Shown: positions 18,050-28,191 of the stretch, one piece after another
Numbering within the stretch: the first letter of the stretch is position 1
Layout of the letters: each line of letters opens with the position of its first letter
Source of the DNA: an uncultured bacterium
GTDB lineage: Bacteria > Latescibacterota > UBA2968 > UBA8231
DNA: 64,000 nucleotides
Assembly (NCBI GenBank): GCA_964011675.1
Contig: CAXGPR010000006.1
Location: 10,611 to 74,610 of the forward strand
Direction of reading: 5' to 3'
Notes under the pieces: model-generated
Told to the model about the DNA's origin: nothing
What the model saw: only the letters and a program-made list of their open reading frames with translations
Database searches by the model: none
Translations under genes and position numbers: made by a program

Positions 18050-19269
18050 GCAAGTTGGCTATCGACGGAGGGGAACCGCTGCACACCAAGCCGTGGCGCA
18101 CAGGGGCTTTCCACGTGCGAGAAGAGCTCCGCGTACTGAGCGACGTGCTGTCCGGCCCCGCGCTGCCGATGGCGCGTGGACCGCGTGTCATGAAACTGCG
18201 CGAGGACCTGCAGGCCTGCTACGGCATGCGCTATGCGGTGCCGGTTTCTTCTGGCAGTGCTGCTATTCACGTTGCGCTCTTCGCTGCAGGAGTTGGTGCG
18301 GGAGACGAGGTTATTGTCAGTCCGCTCACGGACTACGGCAGCATCATCGGGATCTTTCAGCTCAATGCAATTCCCGTTTTTTCCGACGTGCTGCCCGACA
18401 GTATTTTGATGGACGTCGCCGATGTGAAGAAAAAGATAACGCGCCGTACCAAAGCGATTATGCCGGTGCACAACGGGGGATACGCCGTTGACATGCGCGC
18501 GCTCAATCGCCTCGCTAAAGCGCACGATCTCAAAGTAGTGGAAGACTGTGCACAGGCGCACCTAGCGGCGCTGGGTAAGAAGCACCTGGGTCAGTACGGC
18601 GATATCTCGGCTTGGAGCTTTAACGAGAGCAAGCACATGAAGGCGGGAGAGGGGGGATTTGTGCTGACCAACAAAAAAGCGCTGGCCGAAGCGGCGGACC
18701 TCTTTTCCGACAAGTGTTATCCGCGATTTCCGGGCGCTCCTCCCACGCCGGCTTTTCCCGCCCTCAACGTTCGCCTCGACGAAATTAGCGCTGCGCTGGC
18801 CTCAGTGCAGCTGAAATATCTGCCGGGGTGGATTGAGAAACGCCGTCGCTTTGCCGATGCCTTTCACGGGGAAATAGACGGCGTGCCCGGCATCTGTCCC
18901 GAGGCGCAGCCCCGGGGTGCGCGACCCAGCTATTGGTGGGTGAGTTTCGCCGTAGACAGAGAGCAGTTGGGTATTGATGCAAAACAGTTTTGTAACATGT
19001 TAAGCGCAGAGGGGATTCCGGCCGGGGCGCGCATTCAGCAGTATGTTCCCGGTTGGCAGGTGTTTCGCACGCTAAACGAAAATCCGGCCGCTTTTGCCAG
19101 CTACTGTCCGCAGCGGCTCGAAAAGGGATCTTTTCCGCTCGACGTAGCTCCCGTTGCTCAGCGGGCCGAATGGGTGATTGGTGCCGTGCGCATGACGCAG
19201 CACAACACGCCGGCCGAAGCGCGCGCAGCGGGGCGGGCGATTAAGAAAATTGTGAAGGCACTGATGTGA
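18046..19269 (+). CDS. DegT/DnrJ/EryC1/StrS PLP-dependent aminotransferase
   Basis: SSGSAAIH, GDEVIV, VVEDCAQAH, SFNESKHMKAGEGG (PLP lysine). Confidence 0.9.
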   Translation: MSKLAIDGGEPLHTKPWRTGAFHVREELRVLSDVLSGPALPMARGPRVMKLREDLQACYGMRYAVPVSSGSAAIHVALFAAGVGAGDEVIVSPLTDYGSIIGIFQLNAIPVFSDVLPDSILMDVADVKKKITRRTKAIMPVHNGGYAVDMRALNRLAKAHDLKVVEDCAQAHLAALGKKHLGQYGDISAWSFNESKHMKAGEGGFVLTNKKALAEAADLFSDKCYPRFPGAPPTPAFPALNVRLDEISAALASVQLKYLPGWIEKRRRFADAFHGEIDGVPGICPEAQPRGARPSYWWVSFAVDREQLGIDAKQFCNMLSAEGIPAGARIQQYVPGWQVFRTLNENPAAFASYCPQRLEKGSFPLDVAPVAQRAEWVIGAVRMTQHNTPAEARAAGRAIKKIVKALM

Positions 19270-20834
19270 AAACGGACATACTGATTGTTGGGGGAGGAAC
19301 TGGCGGCGTTGCGGCGGCTCTGAGCGCAGCGGCGCGTGGAAAGCGCGTAGTACTGACGGAAGAGACGGACTGGATCGGCGGACAGCTCACCTCGCAGGGC
19401 GTGCCGCCCGATGAACACCCGTGGATAGAATCGTTTGGCTGCACGGCCCGCTATCGCCTTTTTCGCCAGCGCGTGCGACAGTACTACCAGCAGTTCTATC
19501 CACTCCGTCCCGAGGCCCGCGCCAATTCTCGGCTCAATCCGGGCGACGGTAGCGTTTCACGTCTGTGCGCCGAGCCAAGCGTTTATTTGTCTGCGCTGAA
19601 GAGTATGATGGCCTACGACGTAGCGCGCGGGATGCTGGAGGTGCGTTTGCGCACAAGGGCTACTGCTGTAGAGGTAGACGGCGACCGCATCCGTGCCGTT
19701 CGCGTGCTCGACATGAATACGGGGCGCGAGGAGACGATTGAGGCCGCCTACATGCTCGATGCAACCGAGTTGGGTGATCTGATTGAAATGGCAGGCGTAG
19801 AATACGTTTCCGGTGCCGAATCGCAGGGGCAAACGGGTGAACTACACGCCAGCGCTAAGGCCGATGCAGAGAACGTACAGGCGCTCACATGGTGTTTTGC
19901 AATGGGCTACGATCCCGATGGCGAACACGTTATTGATCGGCCGGGTGCCTACGGTCGTTGGCGAGATTACGATCCAGGTTTGACGCCTGCGTGGCCTGGG
20001 AAAATGCTCGACTGGACTTACACCCATCCTATTTCGCTGGATCCGATTACGGCGACCTTTGATCCAGCGCGCGGGGAGGGGTCGCTGTGGCGCTATCGTC
20101 GTCTGATAGGTCGCGCTCACTACGCTGTTGGCTGTGAGCCGCACGAGGTCGCGCTGGTAAACTGGCCGCAGAATGACTATCTCGAGGGAAACATAATTGA
20201 CAAGCCGCCTGAAGAGGTTGTGCATCATTTGCAGCAGGCGCGCGAGTTATCGCTCTGCCTGTTTTACTGGATGCAAACAGAAGCGCCGCGCGCCGATGGC
20301 GGCGTGGGTTTTCCCGGACTGTATCTGAGGCCCGACGTAATGGGAACCGACGACGGTCTGGCCAAAGCACCCTACATCCGCGAGGCGCGGCGCATACGCG
20401 CCCGCTTTACGGTCACGGAAGAGCACGTGGGGCGGGAAGCGCGCGGCAGCGATCAGGCGGCATCGTTTGGAGACAGCGTTGGCGTAGGCTGCTACCGCAT
20501 CGATCTGCATCCGAGCACGGGCCGCGATAATTATATCGACGTATCGTCTCTGCCTTTTCAGATTCCGCTGGGTGCACTTGTGCCGGAGCGGATAGAGAAT
20601 TTACTGCCCGCCTGCAAGAATATTGGCAGCACGCACATCAGCAATGGCTGCTATCGTCTACACCCGGTAGAGTGGAATATTGGCGAAGCAGCCGGAGCAC
20701 TCGCCGCTTTCTGTATCGATGGTGGCCATGTGCCGCAGCAGGTGCACGAGAGCGAGGCGCTGATAGAACGCGTTCAGAATGTGCTCCGCACTGACGGCTT
20801 TGAGCTAGAGTGGCCACAGGTCCATCCCGTGTAA
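19266..20834 (+). CDS. FAD-dependent oxidoreductase (FAD_oxidored/PF12831-like)
   Basis: IVGGGTGGVAAA, IGGQLTSQG, DATELGDL, PYIREARR, FQIPLGALVP, YRLHPVEWNIGEAAG. Confidence 0.85.
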   Translation: MKTDILIVGGGTGGVAAALSAAARGKRVVLTEETDWIGGQLTSQGVPPDEHPWIESFGCTARYRLFRQRVRQYYQQFYPLRPEARANSRLNPGDGSVSRLCAEPSVYLSALKSMMAYDVARGMLEVRLRTRATAVEVDGDRIRAVRVLDMNTGREETIEAAYMLDATELGDLIEMAGVEYVSGAESQGQTGELHASAKADAENVQALTWCFAMGYDPDGEHVIDRPGAYGRWRDYDPGLTPAWPGKMLDWTYTHPISLDPITATFDPARGEGSLWRYRRLIGRAHYAVGCEPHEVALVNWPQNDYLEGNIIDKPPEEVVHHLQQARELSLCLFYWMQTEAPRADGGVGFPGLYLRPDVMGTDDGLAKAPYIREARRIRARFTVTEEHVGREARGSDQAASFGDSVGVGCYRIDLHPSTGRDNYIDVSSLPFQIPLGALVPERIENLLPACKNIGSTHISNGCYRLHPVEWNIGEAAGALAAFCIDGGHVPQQVHESEALIERVQNVLRTDGFELEWPQVHPV

Positions 20835-20848
20835 TTAAGGAGCGCTAA

Positions 20849-21847
20849 GTGGAAAAAATGAAATTCGGTATTATCGGCTGCGGTGATATCGCCGCAAGTT
20901 CCTTCGCACCTAGCTTGCTTCAGTCGGAGCATGCCGAACTCGTTGCCGTATGCCGTCGAGATCTGGACGGAGCGCGCGCATTTGCGGAGAAATTTGGCGG
21001 CTGTGCCGCCTATGCTTCCGCCGAAGAGCTGTTTGCGGAGAGCGGCGTTGAGGCGGTAATCGTATCGACGCCGACAGATACTCACTGTGCCTACACAACG
21101 CTGGCAGCTCGAAGGGGCGTGCACGTGCTCTGTGAGAAGCCTATGGCCCATAATCGAGACGAGTGCCGTCAAATGGTTGAGGTTTGCCGAGAGCACGAGG
21201 TGGCGCTGGGCGTGGCCTATCGCCGTAGACTCTTTCCACAGGTATTGAAAGCAAAGGAGCTGATAGCCGACGGTCGAATTGGTCGCGTCGTATGCGTGCG
21301 CACTCACTACAGCGGTTGGATGGGAATCGAGCCCGGCGCTTGGCGACTGAGTCTGGGTATTGGCGGTGCAATGATGGAAATGGCTGTGCACCGGCTCGAA
21401 GTGCTCCTAAACTTTGCTGCCGCGCCCGTCGAGGTGAGTGCGTTCGTAGAGACCGTCGAGCACGATTGGCCCGTAGATGACACGGATGCGATACTCCTCA
21501 AATTTGCCGACGGTACGGTCGGTCTACATTCGACGCTTCTGTGTTCGAATCCGCGCCGCGATATGGCGCATATAGACGGCACAAAAGGGCGCATTATGAT
21601 CGACGCGCTCGAGTTTAGCTCGCCCGTGCTCCGGTTGGAAACGGATAGTGGCGTTGAAGAAATCAGCGTAGATCCGCTGCAGGCGCCCTATTTTGACCTG
21701 CCGATGATTGACGATTTTATAGGAGCAGCCCGTCAGGGCCGCATGCCGGTGTGTGACGGCTTGACGGGATACGGGGTGCAGGCCGTAGCGGATGCAGCCT
21801 TTGAAGCTGCTCGGACTAAACGCACCGTTGAGGTCGAACCCTTTTAA
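20849..21847 (+). CDS. Gfo/Idh/MocA family oxidoreductase
   Basis: GIIGCGDIA, HVLCEKPMA, GGAMMEMAVH. Confidence 0.9.
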   Translation: MEKMKFGIIGCGDIAASSFAPSLLQSEHAELVAVCRRDLDGARAFAEKFGGCAAYASAEELFAESGVEAVIVSTPTDTHCAYTTLAARRGVHVLCEKPMAHNRDECRQMVEVCREHEVALGVAYRRRLFPQVLKAKELIADGRIGRVVCVRTHYSGWMGIEPGAWRLSLGIGGAMMEMAVHRLEVLLNFAAAPVEVSAFVETVEHDWPVDDTDAILLKFADGTVGLHSTLLCSNPRRDMAHIDGTKGRIMIDALEFSSPVLRLETDSGVEEISVDPLQAPYFDLPMIDDFIGAARQGRMPVCDGLTGYGVQAVADAAFEAARTKRTVEVEPF

Positions 21848-21898
21848 CGCCGTTGACGTCTGCTGGTTAGGGGTGCTTCGCAGCTTGCGATAGAGGAT

Positions 21899-22624
21899 GT
21901 GCACATGGGCATACCGGACTCACTGGAATACTTCTTCTTAGCCGTTGTGCTGGGTGTGATTGCCCTCACTGGGCTGGCCATTCGCGCTAGTGACTCAGAG
22001 GGTGGTTCCGCTCACCTGCTCGTGGTTCGTTCCCTACTGCTCTGCGTTCTCTGGTTGGCAGTAGCGGGCCAGATGGCCCACGAGGGATGGCTGCGCGACT
22101 TTAGCGGTGCGTGGCCTGCGTTTGCCCTGCTTGGTCTCTGCGCGGTTGGACTCGTGTTTGCCCTGGCTTTTTCACCGCTTGGTCGACGACTGCTGGAAGG
22201 CGTTGGGCCAGCGCTCCTCGTTGCATTCCAGGCAATTCGCGTGCCGATAGAAGCGTTTGTCCACCAGCTGTATCAGGCCGGCTATGCGCCCGTGCAAGTG
22301 ACCTATGCGGGCCTAAACTTCGATATTTTTTCCGGCCTGACAGCGCCGGCTATGGGCTGGCTTGTATGGAGGAACAAGGTGGGACGCGTTACGCTCTTAT
22401 CTTGGAATGTATTTTGCCTGTTGTTGCTGTTTAATTCGCTCAGCCTCATGGCTCTTTCGATGCCGACACCGCTGCGACTCTTTGCCAACGAACCAACGTA
22501 CATAGCCCTTACCTATCCACCCTTTGTGTGGTTGCCTACTTTTCTGCTGCCGGTGTCTCTGTTGGGACACTTGCTCGTTTTTCGCTGGATATGGTGGCAA
22601 CGACGGGGACCGACGAGTGTATGA
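21899..22624 (+). CDS. Uncharacterised integral membrane protein (6-7 TM)
   Basis: Alternating hydrophobic segments; FQAIRVPIE, TYAGLNFDIFSG, PFVWLPTFLLP. Confidence 0.65.
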   Translation: MHMGIPDSLEYFFLAVVLGVIALTGLAIRASDSEGGSAHLLVVRSLLLCVLWLAVAGQMAHEGWLRDFSGAWPAFALLGLCAVGLVFALAFSPLGRRLLEGVGPALLVAFQAIRVPIEAFVHQLYQAGYAPVQVTYAGLNFDIFSGLTAPAMGWLVWRNKVGRVTLLSWNVFCLLLLFNSLSLMALSMPTPLRLFANEPTYIALTYPPFVWLPTFLLPVSLLGHLLVFRWIWWQRRGPTSV

Positions 22625-24015
22625 GTGACAAAATGAATATTGTGTTTATTCTGAGTGATGATCAGGGCATTTGGGCCAATGGCTGCTACGGCAATCCAGA
22701 GATCCGCACGTCTCATATCGACCGTTTGGCCGCTACCGGTATGCGCTTTGATAATTTCTTTGTCGCTACGCCCGTTTGTTCGCCGAGCCGCGCTACGTTT
22801 CTAACGGGTCGCATTTCATCGCAGCACGGCGTGCACGATTGGATACGCGAAGGCAATACCGGAGCCGATGCGGCGCTCTACCTAGAAGATGAAGTCGCCT
22901 ATACGGACGTGCTGGCCGAGCACGGTTGGCGCTGTGGTCTGAGCGGAAAGTGGCACCTCGGATACAGTCAGATCGCTCAACACGGATTTGATCATTGGTT
23001 TGTGCACCAGAGCGGCGGCGGGGAATACAACGACGCGCCGATGATCCGCGACGGGGAATTGATTAAGGCGCCCGGCTATGTGACTACGGCTATTACCGAC
23101 GATGCACTCGAATATATAGATCGCTCCGCAGAGCGTGCTGAGCCGTTCTATTTGAGCGTGCACTACACCGCTCCGCACAGCCCGTGGACGGGTCATCCGC
23201 AGGACATCGTCGACTCGTATGACGACTGTGCGTTTGACTCGTGCCCGCAGGAAGACATGCATCCGTGGGCCGTAGGCCATCCGCTCAGCGAGGGTTGCTT
23301 AGGCAATCGAGAGATGCTCAAAGGGTATTTTGCCGCCGTGACGGCGATGGATTTGGAGATCGGTCGTCTGCTGGATAGGCTGGAAGAGAAAGGGCTGCGA
23401 GAGCAAACCTTAGTTGTCTTTACCAGCGATAACGGCTTTAGCTGCGGCCAGCACGGTTTTTGGGGCAAGGGCAACGGCACGTATCCGCCCAATATGTATG
23501 AAAACTCGGTTAAGGTCCCTTTTGTGATAAGCCTGCCGGGTGCCATTGAACAAGGGGTCGTGCAACGCGAGATGGTCAGCGCATACGACTTTATGCCGAC
23601 GCTGCTCGATTACGCAGGGCTGCCACTGCCGACGGGCCGCAATTTGCCGGGGCAGAGCTTTGCGCCGCTGCTGCGCGGCGAAGGACTCGGGCGGGATGAA
23701 GTGGTCGTATATGACGAGTACGGCGGCACGCGCATGCTGCGCACGCGCGAATGGAAGTATGTGCATCGCTATCCGGATGGTCCCTGCGAGCTCTACGATT
23801 TAGTCAACGACCCGGACGAACGCGTAAACAGAGCAGACGATGCGAGTCAGGTAGAACGCATCGGGGCGCTGCGCGGTCAATTAGAAGCGTGGTTTGCCCG
23901 CTATGTCGTTCCGGAAAGAGACGGACGCGATGCCCCGGTGCGCGGTTCTGGTCAGCTGCGTCCCATCGGTGGAAAGTGGAAAGACGATCCACGTGCGGCT
24001 TTTGCAGAGAGATAG
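22621..24015 (+). CDS. Sulfatase (Cys-type, formylglycine-dependent)
   Basis: ILSDDQG, CSPSRATFLTG, GKWHLG, FTSDNG, YDLVNDPDE; ATG at 22621 overlaps the upstream TGA. Confidence 0.93.
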   Translation: MSDKMNIVFILSDDQGIWANGCYGNPEIRTSHIDRLAATGMRFDNFFVATPVCSPSRATFLTGRISSQHGVHDWIREGNTGADAALYLEDEVAYTDVLAEHGWRCGLSGKWHLGYSQIAQHGFDHWFVHQSGGGEYNDAPMIRDGELIKAPGYVTTAITDDALEYIDRSAERAEPFYLSVHYTAPHSPWTGHPQDIVDSYDDCAFDSCPQEDMHPWAVGHPLSEGCLGNREMLKGYFAAVTAMDLEIGRLLDRLEEKGLREQTLVVFTSDNGFSCGQHGFWGKGNGTYPPNMYENSVKVPFVISLPGAIEQGVVQREMVSAYDFMPTLLDYAGLPLPTGRNLPGQSFAPLLRGEGLGRDEVVVYDEYGGTRMLRTREWKYVHRYPDGPCELYDLVNDPDERVNRADDASQVERIGALRGQLEAWFARYVVPERDGRDAPVRGSGQLRPIGGKWKDDPRAAFAER

Positions 24016-24030
24016 TTCACTGAGGAGAAT

Positions 24031-24864
24031 GTGGCGATGGCTCGCATAGATGCCCATGTGCATGTTTGGACAGATGACGTCGAGAAATACCCGCTGGCTG
24101 ATGGATTTGTGCGTGCGGAGATGCAGCCGCCGACGTTCTTTCCCGAAGATATACTCGCACACGCCCGACCCTGCGGCGTCGAGCGCGTGGTGTTGGTGCA
24201 GATGAGCCATTACGGCTTTGATAATAGCTACATGCTCGACGTCATGAATACCTATGCGGGTGTTTTTTCGGGTATTGCCGTTATCGATATACAGGCTGAG
24301 CGACCGGATGACGAGATGCGTCGCTTGGCAACGCTCGGCGTGCGCGGCTTTCGCGTGCAGCCGCGCGGAGATATAGCGAGTTGGTTAGACGGTGCCGGAT
24401 ACGAACGCGCTTTCCGTTACGGCGCCGACGAGAAGCTGGCCATTTGTCCGCTGATTAACCCCGATGCGCTGCCGGCGCTAGGGCGCATGTGCGAACGATT
24501 TCCCAATACGCCGGTGATCGTCGATCACCTGTGTCGCATTGGGGCAAGCAATCCCATTCGAGAGGAAGACGTGGAGGCCCTCTGTGCGCTGGCGCGCTAT
24601 CCGCAGGTCATGGTCAAGGTGTCGGCCTTTTATGCGCTGGGCGAAAAGAGGGAACCCTATGTAGACCTGATGCCGCTTATTGAACGAGTTTATCGGTCAT
24701 TTGGCGCCGACCGTCTGATGTGGGCTAGCGACTGTCCCTATCAGGTGCAGGGTGCATACACGTATGCCGCGAGCATTGCGCTGATAGAAGAGCATATGAA
24801 CTTTCTCTCTAACGCAGATCAGGCACAGATACTAGGCGGGACGGCGGAGCACTTTTTCTTCTAA
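24031..24864 (+). CDS. Amidohydrolase_2 family protein (sugar lactonase-like)
   Basis: IDAHVHVW, VIVDHL, VKVSAF, RLMWASDCP. Confidence 0.85.
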   Translation: MAMARIDAHVHVWTDDVEKYPLADGFVRAEMQPPTFFPEDILAHARPCGVERVVLVQMSHYGFDNSYMLDVMNTYAGVFSGIAVIDIQAERPDDEMRRLATLGVRGFRVQPRGDIASWLDGAGYERAFRYGADEKLAICPLINPDALPALGRMCERFPNTPVIVDHLCRIGASNPIREEDVEALCALARYPQVMVKVSAFYALGEKREPYVDLMPLIERVYRSFGADRLMWASDCPYQVQGAYTYAASIALIEEHMNFLSNADQAQILGGTAEHFFF

Positions 24865-24883
24865 GAAAGTGCGGCCTATGCCT

Positions 24884-26392
24884 TTAGTCGCCCATTTGCT
24901 GCTCATCTAGGAAGTCCATTTCTGGACGCAAGTCCCAGCGGCACACATCGGGGGGCTGCACGGTGCGCCCCCAGCCTGCCAGCACCTTGCTCTCTTCGCG
25001 CCACTGGGCTAGGCGCGCCGAAATGTTCTCTGGGTTCCAGCCGTTGAGTACCTCGGCCGTCAGCTCGGCCACGACTTCTTGGCACGCAGGATCGTTGGCG
25101 CGATCCTGCGTCTCGCGCGGATCTTCCCATAGGTTAAACAGTTGCGACGGCAGGCCGTGATAGTAGACGAGCTTCCACGGTCCGCGTCGAATCATGCGCT
25201 GGAAGGTGCCCTCGATTGGAAAGGGTCCACCGGCACCGGCCGCGTCGTAGCACAGTTCGGAAAACGCAACGTCGTCCCACGCCGTCATCTCGCCGCGCAG
25301 CAGCGGCAGCAGGCTGCGTCCGCGCGAAGCGGGCAGGGGCGGGCATTCCAGTGCATCGAGCATTGTGGCATTCAAATCAAGTGAGGAAATGACGCGTTCA
25401 CTGCGGACGCCGGCCGGCAGCTGTCCTGGCCAAGAGAGTATGGCCGGCACTTTTACTGAGTCTTCGTAAAAGGTCTGTTTCCACCACAGGCCGTGTTCGC
25501 CAACCTGTTCACCGTGGTCTGAGGTATACACGATGAGGGTATTGTCTGTTAGGTCGTTTTCGCGCAGGGCAGCTAATATTTGGCCAATAAAGACGTCCAT
25601 GCGCTCGACCAACGCCCAGTAGGCGGCGCGGGCACGCCGCATTTCTTCTTCGCTTACCGCTTCGATACCGCAATCTGAACGCCAGGCTTTGATATGGGGA
25701 TGCAAGTGATCGCCAAAAGGCTCGAGCGTTTTCGGTGGAAACATGTTTTTATAGTAGTATTCGTAATCGGCTCGCCGTGCGACAAAAGGTTGATGGGGTA
25801 GCATAAACCCGACCGAAAGCGAGAAGGGTTTGGCTTGCCGACCCGCGCGTTTTTGCACGCCGAGTCTATTGAAAAAGTCTACGGTTGCAGCGGTCACATC
25901 TTCGTCGTGTACTTGATATGCGCTCTGACCGTGCCCTGCTTTTTCCAGGCTAATGCGCCCGGGCCCGGCCGTGCCAGAGAGGAAGCCGTGGTCCACGGCG
26001 CGCCCGCCCATTTGGTTGGGGCCGTGATCCCCGACGAGCCGTTCGGCATAGCCGCGTAGCTGGTCAGGGCCGTTGGAGTGCATGCGCCCGACAAGGACGG
26101 GGTGGTAGCCACCGGCTCCCATGGCATGGGCTAACGTGGGAATGCTTGAGTCGAGTATCTGGCTGTTGGTCCAAACTCCATTTTCGTGCGGGTATCGGCC
26201 CGATAGCATGGACATGCGTGACGGCACGCAGATGGGAGAGGGACAGTAGGTATGGTCTAATACGACGCCTTGGGCGGCGAGTGCATCGAGATGGGGTGTC
26301 CGCACGAGTGTGTCTCCATAGCACCCATTTACATAGGGGCTGTGCTGATCCGAGTGGATATAAAGTAAGTTGGTCTGCGGTGTGCTAGTCAT
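24884..26392 (-). CDS. Sulfatase (choline-sulfatase-like)
   Basis: IHSDQH, SPICVPSRMSMLSG, VGRMH, LPHQPF, YTSDHGE, QLFNLWEDPRE; likely ATG at 26392. Confidence 0.9.
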   Translation of the reverse strand: MTSTPQTNLLYIHSDQHSPYVNGCYGDTLVRTPHLDALAAQGVVLDHTYCPSPICVPSRMSMLSGRYPHENGVWTNSQILDSSIPTLAHAMGAGGYHPVLVGRMHSNGPDQLRGYAERLVGDHGPNQMGGRAVDHGFLSGTAGPGRISLEKAGHGQSAYQVHDEDVTAATVDFFNRLGVQKRAGRQAKPFSLSVGFMLPHQPFVARRADYEYYYKNMFPPKTLEPFGDHLHPHIKAWRSDCGIEAVSEEEMRRARAAYWALVERMDVFIGQILAALRENDLTDNTLIVYTSDHGEQVGEHGLWWKQTFYEDSVKVPAILSWPGQLPAGVRSERVISSLDLNATMLDALECPPLPASRGRSLLPLLRGEMTAWDDVAFSELCYDAAGAGGPFPIEGTFQRMIRRGPWKLVYYHGLPSQLFNLWEDPRETQDRANDPACQEVVAELTAEVLNGWNPENISARLAQWREESKVLAGWGRTVQPPDVCRWDLRPEMDFLDEQQMGD

Positions 26393-26501
26393 GGCGCTTC
26401 GTTTTCTTTTCCTGTTGGAACGTCTATTGTTGGGCACTTAGAAGCGGAGTGTTACATTTATCTACGCATTCCTCGATGCGGCTTCTACCCAAGGTTTGCT
26501 T

Positions 26502-26530
26502 AAATTAGGATGGTGAAAAAAGAGGGTCAA
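26502..26530 (-). promoter_or_regulatory. Candidate sigma70 promoter for the minus-strand sulfatase
   Basis: Minus strand TTGACC-N17-TAATTT. Confidence 0.35.
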
Positions 26531-26602
26531 GATAGCGTCGCTGTGGAATTTTCTACAATTAATCTTACGACGGATTAAAAAATGCATAGGTGAGTATTAC
26601 AC

Positions 26603-27361
26603 ATGGATAGAATACAACGAGTCGGTATTACTGGAGCTAACGGTTCAATCGGTCGCGTTCTCATGGCCGGACTTGCGGATCGGTATGAACTCAAGGCGTT
26701 TTCGCGCCGCGAGGTAGATTTTTCCACGACGCTCGTGCACTTTGATCAGCCGGTTCAAGTGCAGGGCGCATTTGAGGACCTAGATGCCGTCATTCACTTG
26801 GCAGCGGATCCGAGTCCGATGGCGTCCTGGGCGAGCGTGCGCGAGCACAACATAGAGGCGATGTACCAGGTGATGGAAGAATGCGTCCGTGCGGGTGTAA
26901 AGAGAATGGTCTTTGCTTCGACCAACCACACAATGCACGGCAACAGCATACTGAGCACACCCGAGACGCTCGATCCCCAAAAGTCGATGGCGATGAAGCT
27001 TGGTGACGCACCGAATCCAGATTCGCTCTATGCCGTCTCTAAGCTGTTTGGAGAGCATTTGGGTAAACTCTACAGCGAACAACGCGGACTGTCTTTCATC
27101 GGACTGCGCATTGGGTGGACTATTCCAGAGAACGATCCGACCGTGATGCGCGGCACCTCGGCCGAAGAGTATATGCGTGCCATGTTTCTCAGCCACCGAG
27201 ACTGCGTGCAGGCACATCGGAGGGCGCTGGAGGTAGACGCGCGCTATATGCTCGCGTACGTCGTCAGTGATAATGGTCGTCGCGTGTTTGATTTGGACGA
27301 GACGCGTGCGTTGTTGGGCTACGAGCCGCAGGACGATGCGGAGGCGTTCTTTTCGCGATGA
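26603..27361 (+). CDS. NAD-dependent epimerase/dehydrogenase, uronate dehydrogenase-like
   Basis: ITGANGSIG, FASTNH, YAVSK, LRIGW, FLSHRDC. Confidence 0.8.
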   Translation: MDRIQRVGITGANGSIGRVLMAGLADRYELKAFSRREVDFSTTLVHFDQPVQVQGAFEDLDAVIHLAADPSPMASWASVREHNIEAMYQVMEECVRAGVKRMVFASTNHTMHGNSILSTPETLDPQKSMAMKLGDAPNPDSLYAVSKLFGEHLGKLYSEQRGLSFIGLRIGWTIPENDPTVMRGTSAEEYMRAMFLSHRDCVQAHRRALEVDARYMLAYVVSDNGRRVFDLDETRALLGYEPQDDAEAFFSR

Positions 27362-28107
27362 ACGCTCGGCGCAATTACGCTCAGCTTTTGGAACGCGTAA
27401 ACCAAACATTGGGCCCGGATTGCTGCCTGCATACGCTTGTAGAGATCGCGTGTTATCCAATTGTATTAGTGCGCCGGTCTTTGCGTGAAGACGTGCCAAC
27501 CGCCCTGCTCACTGGAGGCACGCACGGAGATGAGCCGGCCGGTGTCGAGGCCGCTCTAACCTTTTTGCAGCGAGACGTTGCCGATTGGCTAGCGCATCTT
27601 AGTTTTGAAGTTCTCATTTGTCTGAATGCCCACGGCTATGTGCACAATACCTTACATAATGCACAGGACGTAGACGTTAACTGGGCGTGGAGTCGAGACG
27701 ACGTGACCGAAGTGCGGGTTATCAAAGATTGGGTGCGAGACCAGCGCTTTGAGTTTGTTTGCGATTTTCACGAGGACTGGGAGAGCCCGGGCTTCTACCT
27801 ATACGAAATGCGCCGCGGTGCACCGCTTATAGGCACCGATGTCGTCGATGCGGTAGAGAGAGTTTGTCCCCTTAATTTGTGCGATCGGATAGAGGGTTTG
27901 TCGGCGGTTCGAGGTGTTGTTCTTAACGATGAATAGCGGGCAAACGAGCTGAGGGGTGAGGGTGTTCCTATTGAGCTATATAACGGTTATACGGACCATT
28001 TTCTAACCGTAGAATCGTCCACGGAGCGACGGATGGACATGCGGGTTGCCGCCCATATGGCCGCGCTTGATGTCGTGGTAGCGGCTCACTTGCCGCCTCG
28101 GACTTAA
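27358..28107 (+). pseudogene. M14 zinc carboxypeptidase/AstE-AspA family gene interrupted by an in-frame TAG (27934-27936)
   Basis: GGTHGDEPAG and CDFHED zinc motifs precede the TAG. The same frame continues RANELRGEGVPIELYNGYTDHFLTVESSTERRMDMRVAAHMAALD to TAA at 28105-28107 (250 codons in total). Confidence 0.7.
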
Positions 28108-28191
28108 GCGGGTGTTTATTATGGATAGAGCCCGCACCTACGTGCGATATATATTCCCATTCTCTAAAAAACTCTATCGGGTATTTTTTCG

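Noticed and set aside
22621-26392. Absence of a formylglycine-generating enzyme next to two Cys-type sulfatases
   Set aside because: Maturases commonly act in trans from elsewhere in the genome; uninformative in a single window.
27934-27936. Genome-wide TAG or TGA reassignment
   Set aside because: Many genes end cleanly at TAG or TGA with the next gene overlapping or immediately following; only one TAG and one TGA look read through.
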